Assembly: GCA_051859245.1 (NCBI GenBank) | Contig: JBHYGA010000004.1 | Span: 964,030 to 1,028,029, forward strand | Length of the DNA stretch: 64,000 bases | Source: Gemmatimonadaceae bacterium | GTDB lineage: Bacteria; Gemmatimonadota; Gemmatimonadetes; Gemmatimonadales; Gemmatimonadaceae | Direction of reading: 5' to 3' | In this document: piece after piece, positions 45,732 to 55,128 of the stretch | How positions within the stretch are numbered: the first letter of the stretch is position 1 | Layout of the letters: each line of letters starts with the position of its first letter | Position numbers and translations under genes: made by a program | Notes under the pieces: model-generated | The model's input: the letters and a program-made list of their open reading frames with translations, nothing else | What the model was told of the DNA's origin: nothing | The model's database searches: none

Positions 45732-48011
45732 TTGAGCACTCGCGCACTCACGGGCGATTCTGCGCCACGTATCACAGCGCCGCTATTCGTAGCGGCGCTG
45801 TTTGCAAGTGCCTCCCTGATCTTCGCGCTGCAGCCGTTGTTCGCGCGCATGGTCACGCCATTGCTTGGCGGATCGCCGGCCGTGTGGAACACCTCCATGG
45901 TGTTTTTTCAGGGCGCGTTGCTGATCGGGTATTTCTACGCGCACACGCTGCAGAAATTGAAGTCGCTATCGGCGCAGGTCATTGTGCATGCCTGCGCACT
46001 GCTGCTGGCGTGTGTGGTGCTGCCACTGGCACCCAGTACGCTGCTCGGCACGCCAAATGTGCAGCAGCCCACGCTGTGGTTGCTTGGCGTGCTGCTGCTC
46101 AGTGTTGGTGCGCCGTACATGGTGGCGTCGGCCACCGCACCGCTGTTGCAGGCGTGGTACGCACGCACCGGGCGCTACGACGCAGCTGATCCGTACTACC
46201 TGTACGGCGCCAGTAATCTGGGTTCACTGCTCGGGTTGCTCGCGTACCCGCTGCTGGTCGAACCGAATATCGGCGTGCGCGGCCAGAGTGTGGGCTGGTC
46301 GTGGGCGTACGTGGCCGTAATTGCACTGGTGCTCGCGAGTGGACTCACGGCCGTGGTGGCCAACAAACGAGCGCGACGCGATTCCAATGCCGGCACCGCG
46401 GACATGCCGAACGGCGTTCAGGGCAACACGCTCACGAACGCGCACGATCATGCGCTGGCCACGGCACCAACCACGGTGTGGCGGCAACGCCTGTTCTGGC
46501 TGGCGGCGGCTGCCGTGCCGTCAAGTTTGTTGATCGGTGTGACACAACACATTCTCACCGACATTGCATCGGCGCCGTTTCTGTGGGTGCCGCCGCTGGT
46601 GTTGTATCTGCTCACGTTTGTGGTGGCGTTTCGGAAAGGTTCGCAACCGGTGAGTGGTGCGCTGCTCAGCCTGCACGCGGGTTTTGTCACACTCGTTGTC
46701 GTGCTGCCAAAATCCCCGTCTATCTGGCTCGATGTCGCGCTGCGTTTGGTCACGCTGTTTGTAGCCGCACTCGTGTGTCACGCCGCGCTCGCTGCGTCAC
46801 GCCCTCCCACGGCGCGCCTCACCGAGTACTACAACTTCATGTCGCTTGGTGGGGTGATTGGCGGTGCGGCCACTGCGCTGCTTGCTCCTATGTTGTTCAA
46901 CGGCATCGTGGAGTTTCCGCTCGCGCTTGCTGCCACCATGCTGTTTCGCACACGACACAGTGTGGAATGGGAGTGGCTGGCCAACACGATTCTCGTATTT
47001 GCGGCCGCGGGAATCATCTCGGTCACGTTCGGTTGGCTGGACATCTCGCCGCAGTTCCTCGCAGTGGCTGGCTTTGCGGTGTACCTCAACCGCGGTCGCC
47101 CGATCATCACGATTCCGGTGATTGTGGCCACCATGGTGCTGGTTGACGCACGGCTGGTTGGCGGCACGCAATTGCTGCGCACGCGTACCTTCTTTGGCGC
47201 GTATCGCGTGGTGGAGATTGACCAGAACGACGAGCGGGTTCGCATGCTCATGCACGGCAGCACGCAGCACGGGTTGCAGTTCAGCGATACGGCCAAGGCG
47301 CGCATCCCACTCAGCTATTACGCCGAAGGCGGCGCGCTCTACGAAGCAGTGCGTGAGGCATTACCGGTTGACCGCGAAGCGCAGGGTGCGTTCATCGGGC
47401 TCGGCTCCGGCGCCATGGCGTGCGTGATGCGCGAGGGTGACAGCACCACGTTCATAGAGATTGATCCTGCGGTTGCACGCCTGGCGCAGGATCCGCGCTA
47501 CTTCTCATATCTGGCCAAGTGTCCGAGTACGTCGCGCGTGGTACTGGGCGACGGTCGTCTGGAGATGGAACGCATGGCGCCGGCGTCGCTCGATGTGGTG
47601 CTGGCCGACGCGTTTTCGTCTGACGCGATTCCCACCCATCTGCTCACACGCGAGGCGGTGCGCATTTACATGCGAGCCCTCAGGCCGGGCGGGGTGTTGG
47701 TGCTGCACGTCTCCAATCGACACCTGGCCGTGGTGAACGAGGCGGTGCGCGTGGCGCGTGAGGAGGGGCTGAGTGCGCGCCTCTGGCGGTCGGGAGCACG
47801 CAGCACAGGTACACGGTCGCGGGTGGCCGCTTCGGCATCGGCGGTGCTGATCACGCACACCGAGCGTGCCATGGAGGCGCTGCAGCTTGGCGCGCACTGG
47901 AAACCGGCACCCGTGCTCGAAGGTCGCGCCTGGTCCGACGATTTCATCGACCTGCTGCGCACCATGCGCGAGAAGCCGCTCGACACGCTGCCGACCCCCG
48001 CCATCCCCTGA
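45732..48011 (+). CDS. Multi-pass membrane protein fused to spermidine-synthase-like SAM-binding domain
   Basis: Many TM helices, then IGLGSGAM, IEIDPAV, GDGR, DAFSSDAIPTHLLT. Confidence 0.85.
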   Translation: MSTRALTGDSAPRITAPLFVAALFASASLIFALQPLFARMVTPLLGGSPAVWNTSMVFFQGALLIGYFYAHTLQKLKSLSAQVIVHACALLLACVVLPLAPSTLLGTPNVQQPTLWLLGVLLLSVGAPYMVASATAPLLQAWYARTGRYDAADPYYLYGASNLGSLLGLLAYPLLVEPNIGVRGQSVGWSWAYVAVIALVLASGLTAVVANKRARRDSNAGTADMPNGVQGNTLTNAHDHALATAPTTVWRQRLFWLAAAAVPSSLLIGVTQHILTDIASAPFLWVPPLVLYLLTFVVAFRKGSQPVSGALLSLHAGFVTLVVVLPKSPSIWLDVALRLVTLFVAALVCHAALAASRPPTARLTEYYNFMSLGGVIGGAATALLAPMLFNGIVEFPLALAATMLFRTRHSVEWEWLANTILVFAAAGIISVTFGWLDISPQFLAVAGFAVYLNRGRPIITIPVIVATMVLVDARLVGGTQLLRTRTFFGAYRVVEIDQNDERVRMLMHGSTQHGLQFSDTAKARIPLSYYAEGGALYEAVREALPVDREAQGAFIGLGSGAMACVMREGDSTTFIEIDPAVARLAQDPRYFSYLAKCPSTSRVVLGDGRLEMERMAPASLDVVLADAFSSDAIPTHLLTREAVRIYMRALRPGGVLVLHVSNRHLAVVNEAVRVAREEGLSARLWRSGARSTGTRSRVAASASAVLITHTERAMEALQLGAHWKPAPVLEGRAWSDDFIDLLRTMREKPLDTLPTPAIP

Positions 48012-48030
48012 TTTCCCCCGAACATTTCGT

Positions 48031-48060
48031 TCGACAGGGGTGAGTCGTCTGGTGTATACT
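48031..48060 (+). promoter_or_regulatory. Sigma70-like promoter candidate for the GGDEF gene
   Basis: TCGACA-N18-TATACT in the gap upstream of ATG 48126. Confidence 0.45.
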
Positions 48061-48125
48061 TGGCGCTACGGCGCACTCCCAGCCGGCTCGCCGGTGCTTC
48101 CGTCCCATTCCCATCGCGTGTTGTT

Positions 48126-49496
48126 ATGGCGTTGGATCCCGCCATCCCTGATCTCTCGCGCTACGAACAAAGCAACGCGGACGTGCTGCTGTGGCAGACA
48201 CGGTACCGTGTGTTGCTGGCGTTCCTCGCGGCCGGAAGCGCCGTGTTGTTGCGCACCGTGGGATGGCTCACGGTCTCGCCCGTGGCCGAACAACAGCTTG
48301 GCGCGTCGGCCGCCGATTGGCTGATCAGCCTCTCGGCGCTGGCGTACGTGTGTGTGGTGCTGTTGCTGCATCGACGTGTGCAGAGCATGCGTCGCGCGAG
48401 CCGGGCATTGGCCACGTTCATGATGGTGTGCGATCTGCTGCTGGTCTTTGTGCTGGTCTTCGTGCTGGCGCCCGCGCGCGACTACGACCGTGCACTGCTG
48501 GTCGCACTCTTCGCACTGCAACTCACACACGTGTATTTCGGACGCGGACCGGCGCTGCTCATGCTCGGCGCGACCGCCACCGGCTATCTGTTCATTGTCG
48601 ATGTGGCCATTCGCAGTGGTGCCGAGCTGGCGTGGCCCGAGTCGTTTATTACGCTGACAATTTTTGCCGTGGGTGCGGGATTGGTGACGTTGGTGCAAAG
48701 CCATATGCACGAGCGCTTGTCACGCCTGCTCGACATGTTCGCGCGCGCGGAAGACGGCGACTTTTCGGCGTCGTACGATGTGCAATCAGACGTGCGCCCC
48801 GATGCTATCACCCACGTGGGACGCGCGTACAATCGCATGCGTGCGCACCTCGCCGATATCGTGGAGACCGATCCGCTCAGCGGCTGTCTCAATCGTCGCG
48901 GCTTTGAGCAGCAGCTGCGTCGGGAGCTTGCGCGCGCGGCGCGTGCGCAAACGGAGCTCGCGATCATTGATATTGATCTCGATCACTTCAAGCAGATCAA
49001 CGACACATTCGGTCACCTTGCCGGCGATCGGGTGATTACCGAGGCCGGCGAGCTGCTGCGCGCCAACGCGCGTGTGGGGGACATCGTCGCGCGTACAGGT
49101 GGTGAAGAGTTCTCCATTCTGGCGCCGGGTAGTGGCGTAGCCGGCGCGCAGCATCTTGCGCTGCGCATTGTGGAGGCGTTCCGTCGCCGTGAGTTTGGCG
49201 ACGCGCTGCGCATTCCTGTCACGGCGTCGGTTGGTGTGGTTGCCGATACCGTCACCGACGAAGCGATTGCCGAAGATCTGCTCGCGCGCGCTGACGAAGC
49301 GCTCTACGCGGCCAAGCGCAGTGGTCGCAATCGCGTGGTCGTGTGGTCGCAGGGGCTGGCGGCACTGCGTGCGGGCCAGCCCCCGGAGCGTGATGCGCGA
49401 TTAACCTTTCCGCCCGACGACACGCTCGGCTCAAACTCCATGCAGGAGCTTGAGCCGCCGCGTCGCGTTATGGGAGGCGGAACGTTCCGTCGGTAA
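48126..49496 (+). CDS. Membrane-bound diguanylate cyclase
   Basis: About six TM helices, HAMP-like linker, DLDHFKQINDTFGH, RVGD I-site five residues before GGEEF, RADEALY. Confidence 0.92.
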   Translation: MALDPAIPDLSRYEQSNADVLLWQTRYRVLLAFLAAGSAVLLRTVGWLTVSPVAEQQLGASAADWLISLSALAYVCVVLLLHRRVQSMRRASRALATFMMVCDLLLVFVLVFVLAPARDYDRALLVALFALQLTHVYFGRGPALLMLGATATGYLFIVDVAIRSGAELAWPESFITLTIFAVGAGLVTLVQSHMHERLSRLLDMFARAEDGDFSASYDVQSDVRPDAITHVGRAYNRMRAHLADIVETDPLSGCLNRRGFEQQLRRELARAARAQTELAIIDIDLDHFKQINDTFGHLAGDRVITEAGELLRANARVGDIVARTGGEEFSILAPGSGVAGAQHLALRIVEAFRRREFGDALRIPVTASVGVVADTVTDEAIAEDLLARADEALYAAKRSGRNRVVVWSQGLAALRAGQPPERDARLTFPPDDTLGSNSMQELEPPRRVMGGGTFRR

Positions 49497-50412
49497 CGAT
49501 CACGCTGCGTCCTGCAACACGCACCGCCGTGATCGAGCCGTTGGTTTTGTCCGCTTCAATATCCAGGCGCGAAGGACGCTGCATTTCCACACCCTGCGCG
49601 ACGCGCCAGCCAAGTGTGCCATCCCGCGGGGTGCGGGCTGCGAGATAACCGGCCAGGCACGCGTTTGCTGAACCGGTCGCCGGATCTTCTGGCACGGAGA
49701 GTCCCGGCACAAACACACGCGCGCGAATGTCGGCATCGTGCAGTGCCGCGGGTGCGTCTGCACGATCGGCGTCATCACGCACTACGGCGAACACCATCGG
49801 CTCACTCGCCCAACTGCCTTCCACGTGCTTCTCCCACTGCTGCGTGTGCACGCGCGCACGACGCACCGCATCCACAGATGCGAGCGGGACGATCAGGAAC
49901 GGCAAACCACACGACACACCGGCCGGCATGTGCGTGCCGCCAACAAAATCTGCTTCCGCGATCCCAAGCACCTGCGCCAGCTGCGGAATTGTTGGCACGC
50001 CTTCGGTGCGTTCTTCCGGGAGCTGCGCGGTGGTGAGCTGTGCCCACACCGGTGCGCCGTTTTCACAGCGCACCGTAACCGGTACCAGCCCAACATTCTC
50101 CCCGAGCACAACCTGCACCACGTCTCCAGTAATCGGCACCTCACCGCTGGCAACCAACACGTGCGCGGTTCCGAGTGTGGGATGTCCCGCGAACGGCACT
50201 TCACCACCCGGCGTGAAAATGCGCACGCGACGCGTGGTGTCTTCGCGTTCTGCGGCAAAGACAAAGGTGGTTTCGGAATAGTTGAACTCACGCGTAATCG
50301 CGAGCAGCGTTTCCGTTGGCAGACCTTCGGCACCGAACACCACGGCGAGCTGATTGCCCGCCAGTGGCGTGTCGGTGAACACATCGCAAGTGTAAAAGCG
50401 CAATGTGCGCAT
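49468..50412 (-). CDS. PhzF family isomerase/epimerase-like protein
   Basis: DVFTDTPLAGNQLAV, NYSETTF, EVPFAGHPT, EDPATGSA. Confidence 0.93.
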   Translation of the reverse strand: MRTLRFYTCDVFTDTPLAGNQLAVVFGAEGLPTETLLAITREFNYSETTFVFAAEREDTTRRVRIFTPGGEVPFAGHPTLGTAHVLVASGEVPITGDVVQVVLGENVGLVPVTVRCENGAPVWAQLTTAQLPEERTEGVPTIPQLAQVLGIAEADFVGGTHMPAGVSCGLPFLIVPLASVDAVRRARVHTQQWEKHVEGSWASEPMVFAVVRDDADRADAPAALHDADIRARVFVPGLSVPEDPATGSANACLAGYLAARTPRDGTLGWRVAQGVEMQRPSRLDIEADKTNGSITAVRVAGRSVIVTDGTFRLP

Positions 50413-50421
50413 AAACGTGTG

Positions 50422-52059
50422 TTACTCCTCGCCGAGGAACGGGTAACGCCAATCCGTTGGCGGGCTGAACGTTTCCTTGATGTTTCGTGCGCTTACCCAG
50501 CGCACCAGGTTGAGCTTGGAGCCGGCCTTGTCGTTCGTGCCAGACGCGCGCGCACCACCAAATGGCTGCTGACCAACCACGGCGCCCGTGCACTTATCGT
50601 TCAGATACAGGTTGCCAGCGGCCTGACGCAACACGGTGGACGCGTGATGCAGCGCCGAACGATCCTGTGCGAGAATCGCACCGGTGAGCGCGTACGGTGA
50701 CGTGGTATCCACGAGCGTGAGTGTTTCTTCCCACTTGGCGTCGTCGTACACATGGCAGGTGAGAATCGGGCCAAAAATCTCTTCGCACATGAGTGTGTGC
50801 GACGGATCAGTGGCTTCGACCAACGTGTTTTCGACAAACCATCCCGTGCTGCGATCCGTGCCGCCGCCGGCGATCACCGTGGCGGAGTCTTTCGCCATGG
50901 CCAGATATTTCGCATTACGATTGAACGCTTTTTCGTCGATCACGGCGCCGGTGAAGTTCCGGAAATCACGCACGTCACCCATGCGCATGTCGGCCATCAT
51001 GGCTACACAACGGTCGCGCACTTCGGGCCAGAGGGAACGCGGAATGTACGCGCGGCTCGCGGCTGAACACTTCTGTCCCTGGTACTCGAATGCACCGCGC
51101 ACCATGGCCACGGCGAGCACCTGCGGATCGGCAGACGCGTGCGCAAGAATGAAGTCCTTGCCACCGGTTTCACCAACAATGCGCGGATATCCACGATAGC
51201 GACCCATGTTGCGGCCGATCGTATCCCACATGCCGTTGAACACACCGGTGGATCCCGTAAAGTGCACGCCTGCAAGCGCTGGATCGGTGAGCGCACGCTC
51301 GGAGATCATGACCGGATCGCCCGGCAAAAAGTTGATCACACCCGGCGGCAACCCGGCGGCTTCCAGCAGCTGCATGGTGTACCACGCCGACAACATCGCC
51401 GAGGCAGCGGGTTTCCACAGCACCGTATTGCCCATCAGCGCCGGCGCCGTGGGCAGGTTGCCACCAATGGCCGTGAAGTTGAACGGCGTGACGGCGTACA
51501 CAAATCCTTCGAGCGGACGATAGTCGAGCTGATTCCACATCGTGTTGTTCGAAATCGGCTGCTCGGCGTACAGATCCTGCGCGAACTGCACATTGAAGCG
51601 CCAGAAGTCGATCATCTCACACGCCGCGTCGATCTCGCTCTGAAACACGGTCTTGGACTGGCCGAGCATGGTAGCCGCGTTGAGCGTGTCGCGATGCGTG
51701 GTGGCGAGCAACTCGGCGGCGCGCAGGAACACGGCCGCGCGATCTTCCCAGCGGGTATTGGCCCAATCACGCTGCGCCTTTTCTGCGGCGGCAATCGCGG
51801 CGCTCACATCTTCAACGCGCGCCTTGTGGTACCTGGCCAGCACGTGTGAATGCACACACGGCATGGTGGCTTCACCCATGTCGCCGGTGTGAATGTGTTT
51901 GCCACCTACGACGACCGGAATTTCCGGCTGCTCCGAAGCCATGCTCGCCAGGCGCGCCTTGAGGGACTTCTTCTCGGGCGAACCGGGTGCGTAGGCGCGA
52001 ATCGGCTCATTGATCGCAGGCGGTATGCGGCGCGTACCGTCGAAAGCAGCGAAAGACAT
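50422..52059 (-). CDS. pruA: L-glutamate gamma-semialdehyde (P5C) dehydrogenase
   Basis: TPFNFTAIGGNL, FTGST, GETGGKDF, FEYQGQKCSA, QQPFGGARASGTNDKAGS. Confidence 0.95.
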   Translation of the reverse strand: MSFAAFDGTRRIPPAINEPIRAYAPGSPEKKSLKARLASMASEQPEIPVVVGGKHIHTGDMGEATMPCVHSHVLARYHKARVEDVSAAIAAAEKAQRDWANTRWEDRAAVFLRAAELLATTHRDTLNAATMLGQSKTVFQSEIDAACEMIDFWRFNVQFAQDLYAEQPISNNTMWNQLDYRPLEGFVYAVTPFNFTAIGGNLPTAPALMGNTVLWKPAASAMLSAWYTMQLLEAAGLPPGVINFLPGDPVMISERALTDPALAGVHFTGSTGVFNGMWDTIGRNMGRYRGYPRIVGETGGKDFILAHASADPQVLAVAMVRGAFEYQGQKCSAASRAYIPRSLWPEVRDRCVAMMADMRMGDVRDFRNFTGAVIDEKAFNRNAKYLAMAKDSATVIAGGGTDRSTGWFVENTLVEATDPSHTLMCEEIFGPILTCHVYDDAKWEETLTLVDTTSPYALTGAILAQDRSALHHASTVLRQAAGNLYLNDKCTGAVVGQQPFGGARASGTNDKAGSKLNLVRWVSARNIKETFSPPTDWRYPFLGEE

Positions 52060-52105
52060 CAGATGCTCCGGGGAGTCAGGAGTGAAGTGGTGTTCGAGGC
52101 AGAGT

Positions 52106-52297
52106 TGCTCCTAATGCTGGGGGAACTGCGGCGGGAAGGACACGAAAGCACGAAGGACACGAAGAAGAGCAACGGCAACAGATTTTGGAGGAACAGCAAA
52201 AGCGGTGCGGTTGAAATCCCTCAAAGTTTTTTTGCTGTTTTCGTGTCCTTCGTGCTTTCGTGTCCTTCCCGCCGCAGTTCCCCCGGCATTAGGAGCA
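52106..52297. repeat. Full-length palindromic element family A (opposite orientation to the 39581 copy)
   Basis: TGCTCCTAATGCTGGGGGAACTGCGGCGGGAAGGACACGAAAGCACGAAGGACACGAA ... TTCGTGTCCTTCGTGCTTTCGTGTCCTTCCCGCCGCAGTTCCCCCGGCATTAGGAGCA. Confidence 0.92.
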
Positions 52298-52303
52298 CGA
52301 TTG

Positions 52304-53218
52304 CTACTGAAAACTACCAACGGGACCGTTGTCGATCAGCCGCACCCCGCCAACCGTCGCCGCGACGAGCACGCGCGCGGGGCTCGTGATGCGTTTCACG
52401 GGACGCAGCGTTTCCGCGTCCACAATCACGGCGTACTCAACCGCAAGCGCCGGCTCACGGCGCAGCGAGGCGTGCAAGCGGCCCTCGAGATCGTCGGTCT
52501 GCGTAAAGCCGCCGGCGAACGACTCCTGCACATGCTTGATCGCGGCGGAGATGGCCAGCGCGCCCGCACGCGCGGCGGGGTCGAGACGCGCGTTGCGGCT
52601 CGACATTGCCAGACCGTCCGCCTCGCGCACCGTGGGCACTCCAATAATGTCCACGTCGAGCAACAAATCGCGCGTGAGTTGACGCACCACCAGCAACTGC
52701 TGCCAATCTTTCTCGCCGAAGTACGCACGATCGCATCGGACCGCGCGCAGCAGTCGCGCCACAACCGTAGCCACACCGCGGAAATGACCGGGGCGAAACT
52801 CGCCTTCGAGCACATCGGTTACACCGTCTACGGTGACCCACGTGTTGAAGCCCGGCGGGTACATCACGTCGGGCGTGGGCGCGAACACAATCTGCACGCC
52901 CTCTTCGTTGAGCATGGCCACATCACGCGCTTCGTCGCGCGGGTACTTGGCCAGATCATCCGGATTGTTGAACTGCGTGGGGTTTACGAAAATGCTCACG
53001 ACTGTAACGGCATTCTCGGCGCACGAGCGTTGCACCAATGTGCGGTGCCCATCGTGCAATGCCCCCATGGTTGGGACAAAACCAACACTCAATGACCGCG
53101 GTTGTGCTGTCGCAGTGGTTGGAGAATTCGAAGCGTGCAGCGCCGCTGATTTTGCACGCGCCTGATCCAACGCACTCGCAATCGCCGAGCGCAATGCCGG
53201 CACATCGCGAACGATCAC
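52304..53218 (-). CDS. panC: Pantoate--beta-alanine ligase
   Basis: GFVPTMGALHDGH, SIFVNPTQF, RPGHFRGV, FGEKDWQQ, GLAMSSRN, RLIDN. Confidence 0.96.
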   Translation of the reverse strand: MIVRDVPALRSAIASALDQARAKSAALHASNSPTTATAQPRSLSVGFVPTMGALHDGHRTLVQRSCAENAVTVVSIFVNPTQFNNPDDLAKYPRDEARDVAMLNEEGVQIVFAPTPDVMYPPGFNTWVTVDGVTDVLEGEFRPGHFRGVATVVARLLRAVRCDRAYFGEKDWQQLLVVRQLTRDLLLDVDIIGVPTVREADGLAMSSRNARLDPAARAGALAISAAIKHVQESFAGGFTQTDDLEGRLHASLRREPALAVEYAVIVDAETLRPVKRITSPARVLVAATVGGVRLIDNGPVGSFQ

Positions 53219-54063
53219 GTCGTGTCTCCGCGCGGTTTCGGAAAGCCCGCCAGACCTTCACCACCGCGCACTGACTGTTTGTCGGTGGGAAAACTCTTCG
53301 CCTTCACTTCACTCGCGTACTGCGCAAACGCCTGCCGAATGGGCTCCGCGAGATCGGCGTACTGATGCGCGTGCCGCGGACGAAAGTTTGCATCAAGTCC
53401 GAGCACATCATGCATCACCTGCACCTGGCCGCTGCAGTGCGGACCTGAGCCAATACCAATCGTGGGAATGTTCACCTGCTCCGTGATCGCGGCCGCCACT
53501 TCGGAGGGCATTTTCTCCAGCAACAACGCCCAAGCGCCGGCCGCTTCCAGTGCCAACGCGTCATCAAGAATGCGCTGCGCCGCTTCGGCGGTGCGTCCCT
53601 GCGCGGGATACCCGCCGAGCAGGGAACTTTGCTGCGGACGCAAGCCAATGTGTCCCATGACTGGAATGCCCGCGTCGGTGCAGCGCGTCACAAACGACGC
53701 CCAGCGCGCGCCACCTTCAAACTTGATGGACTGCGCGCCCGCTTCCTGCATGGCGCGACCGGCGTTGCGCAGCGCGTCGTCTTCTCCACAGTGGTACGAC
53801 ATGAACGGCATGTCGCACACCACGTGCGCCGATTGCGTGGCGCGCACGACGGCACTGGTATGGTGCAGCATCTGCTCCATGGTCACCGGTACGGTGGACG
53901 CATGGCCAAGCTGTGTCATGCCCACGCTGTCACCCACAAGCAGAAAATCAATGCCCGCGGCTTCGGCCAATCGCGCAAACGTCGAATCGTACGCCGTCAG
54001 CATGACCAGCGGTTCATGGCGCGATGCGCGGGCCTGCAACTCGGGAATGGTAGGGCGGGGCAT
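53215..54063 (-). CDS. panB: 3-methyl-2-oxobutanoate hydroxymethyltransferase
   Basis: MLTAYD, LVGDS, DMPFMSY, KFEGG, GHIGLRPQ, PTIGIGSG. Confidence 0.96.
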   Translation of the reverse strand: MPRPTIPELQARASRHEPLVMLTAYDSTFARLAEAAGIDFLLVGDSVGMTQLGHASTVPVTMEQMLHHTSAVVRATQSAHVVCDMPFMSYHCGEDDALRNAGRAMQEAGAQSIKFEGGARWASFVTRCTDAGIPVMGHIGLRPQQSSLLGGYPAQGRTAEAAQRILDDALALEAAGAWALLLEKMPSEVAAAITEQVNIPTIGIGSGPHCSGQVQVMHDVLGLDANFRPRHAHQYADLAEPIRQAFAQYASEVKAKSFPTDKQSVRGGEGLAGFPKPRGDTT

Positions 54064-55046
54064 CAGGAGCGGCTCTCAGGGAGGTGCAAGGCAAGGGTTA
54101 CCAACTGCGACGCATAACGATAGGCCACGAGCGCGTCTGGCGTGGAGTCCGGCGCGACATTTTCCATATCGCGTTCCATATCGTGTTCCATAATCCGCAC
54201 CCGCGCCAACTCGGCCAGGTGACGAGCGACCGTGTCCGTATCACCACGCGCGATCGGGCCCGAAATCACCGCGCGCAGCGGCGAATCCACGGGCAGCGCC
54301 GCCACATTCTGCGCCACGCTGCCGAGCAGTCCGGCAATCGCCAAGCGTCGTTCGTGTGCGTCCAGCGGCAGTGACGAAAGCATCTCGTCACCGAGCGACG
54401 CGAGCGACGCCGATGCATTGGCCATGAACGCCGCGGCCGCGTGCCACCGCACGCGCCACTCGGCACCAACGTGTACAGCGCGCATGTCCAACGCGGCGGC
54501 GAGTGAGCGCAGCTGCGCGAGTACCCGTTCGTCCCCGTCAATCGCGGCCACACAATCGGCGAATCGCTCTGCCTGGGCCGCCTGCGCCGCGAGGGCCGAG
54601 GGAAACGAAACGAGCGGATGAAAACTTCCGGTCGCCGCGCCTCGGGCCGTTGCCGCGTGCAACGGTGCGAGATCGAGCGACCCGCTCGTGTGCACCACGG
54701 TAATGCCCGCGCTCCACGCGTTGTGACCAGCAAATGTGGCCACATCCCGATCGGCCACGGCCAGAATGGCAAGATCAACGTGCGCGGCGAGTGCGCTGAC
54801 CGGGACATGCGTCACACCGGACAGCTCGGCGGCCAGCGCGCGTCCCTCGTGTTCGCGCCGACTGCTCACCGCCACCAGGCGCACTCGTTCAGCGGAACGG
54901 CCGTGCGTGTGACCGTGCATATGACCATGGGCATGAGCATGCGCGTGACCATGCGTGTCCGCACGCGAACGATCGCTCACGCCGGCCAACGCACGCGCCA
55001 GTGCCTGTCCCACAGCGCCCAATCCCACGATGCCAACGTTCATCAC
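54063..55046 (-). CDS. Rossmann-like + DUF2520 protein (PanG-like putative ketopantoate reductase)
   Basis: GLGAVG, LAVAD, VHTSGS, SFHPLVSF, SGPIARGD. Translationally coupled to panB. Confidence 0.82.
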   Translation of the reverse strand: MMNVGIVGLGAVGQALARALAGVSDRSRADTHGHAHAHAHGHMHGHTHGRSAERVRLVAVSSRREHEGRALAAELSGVTHVPVSALAAHVDLAILAVADRDVATFAGHNAWSAGITVVHTSGSLDLAPLHAATARGAATGSFHPLVSFPSALAAQAAQAERFADCVAAIDGDERVLAQLRSLAAALDMRAVHVGAEWRVRWHAAAAFMANASASLASLGDEMLSSLPLDAHERRLAIAGLLGSVAQNVAALPVDSPLRAVISGPIARGDTDTVARHLAELARVRIMEHDMERDMENVAPDSTPDALVAYRYASQLVTLALHLPESRS

Positions 55047-55128
55047 GAAGCTTCACCAGCGGGGAGCCACCCGCGCAATACTTGTATTTACGGGTGCCGC
55101 TGCCCTGTGCACCCGTCAGATTACACGC

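Noticed and set aside
45732..48011. Canonical speE
   Set aside because: Large membrane fusion with only a spermidine-synthase-like fold and no speD nearby.
49468..50412. Phenazine biosynthesis
   Set aside because: Lone PhzF-family gene with no other phz genes.
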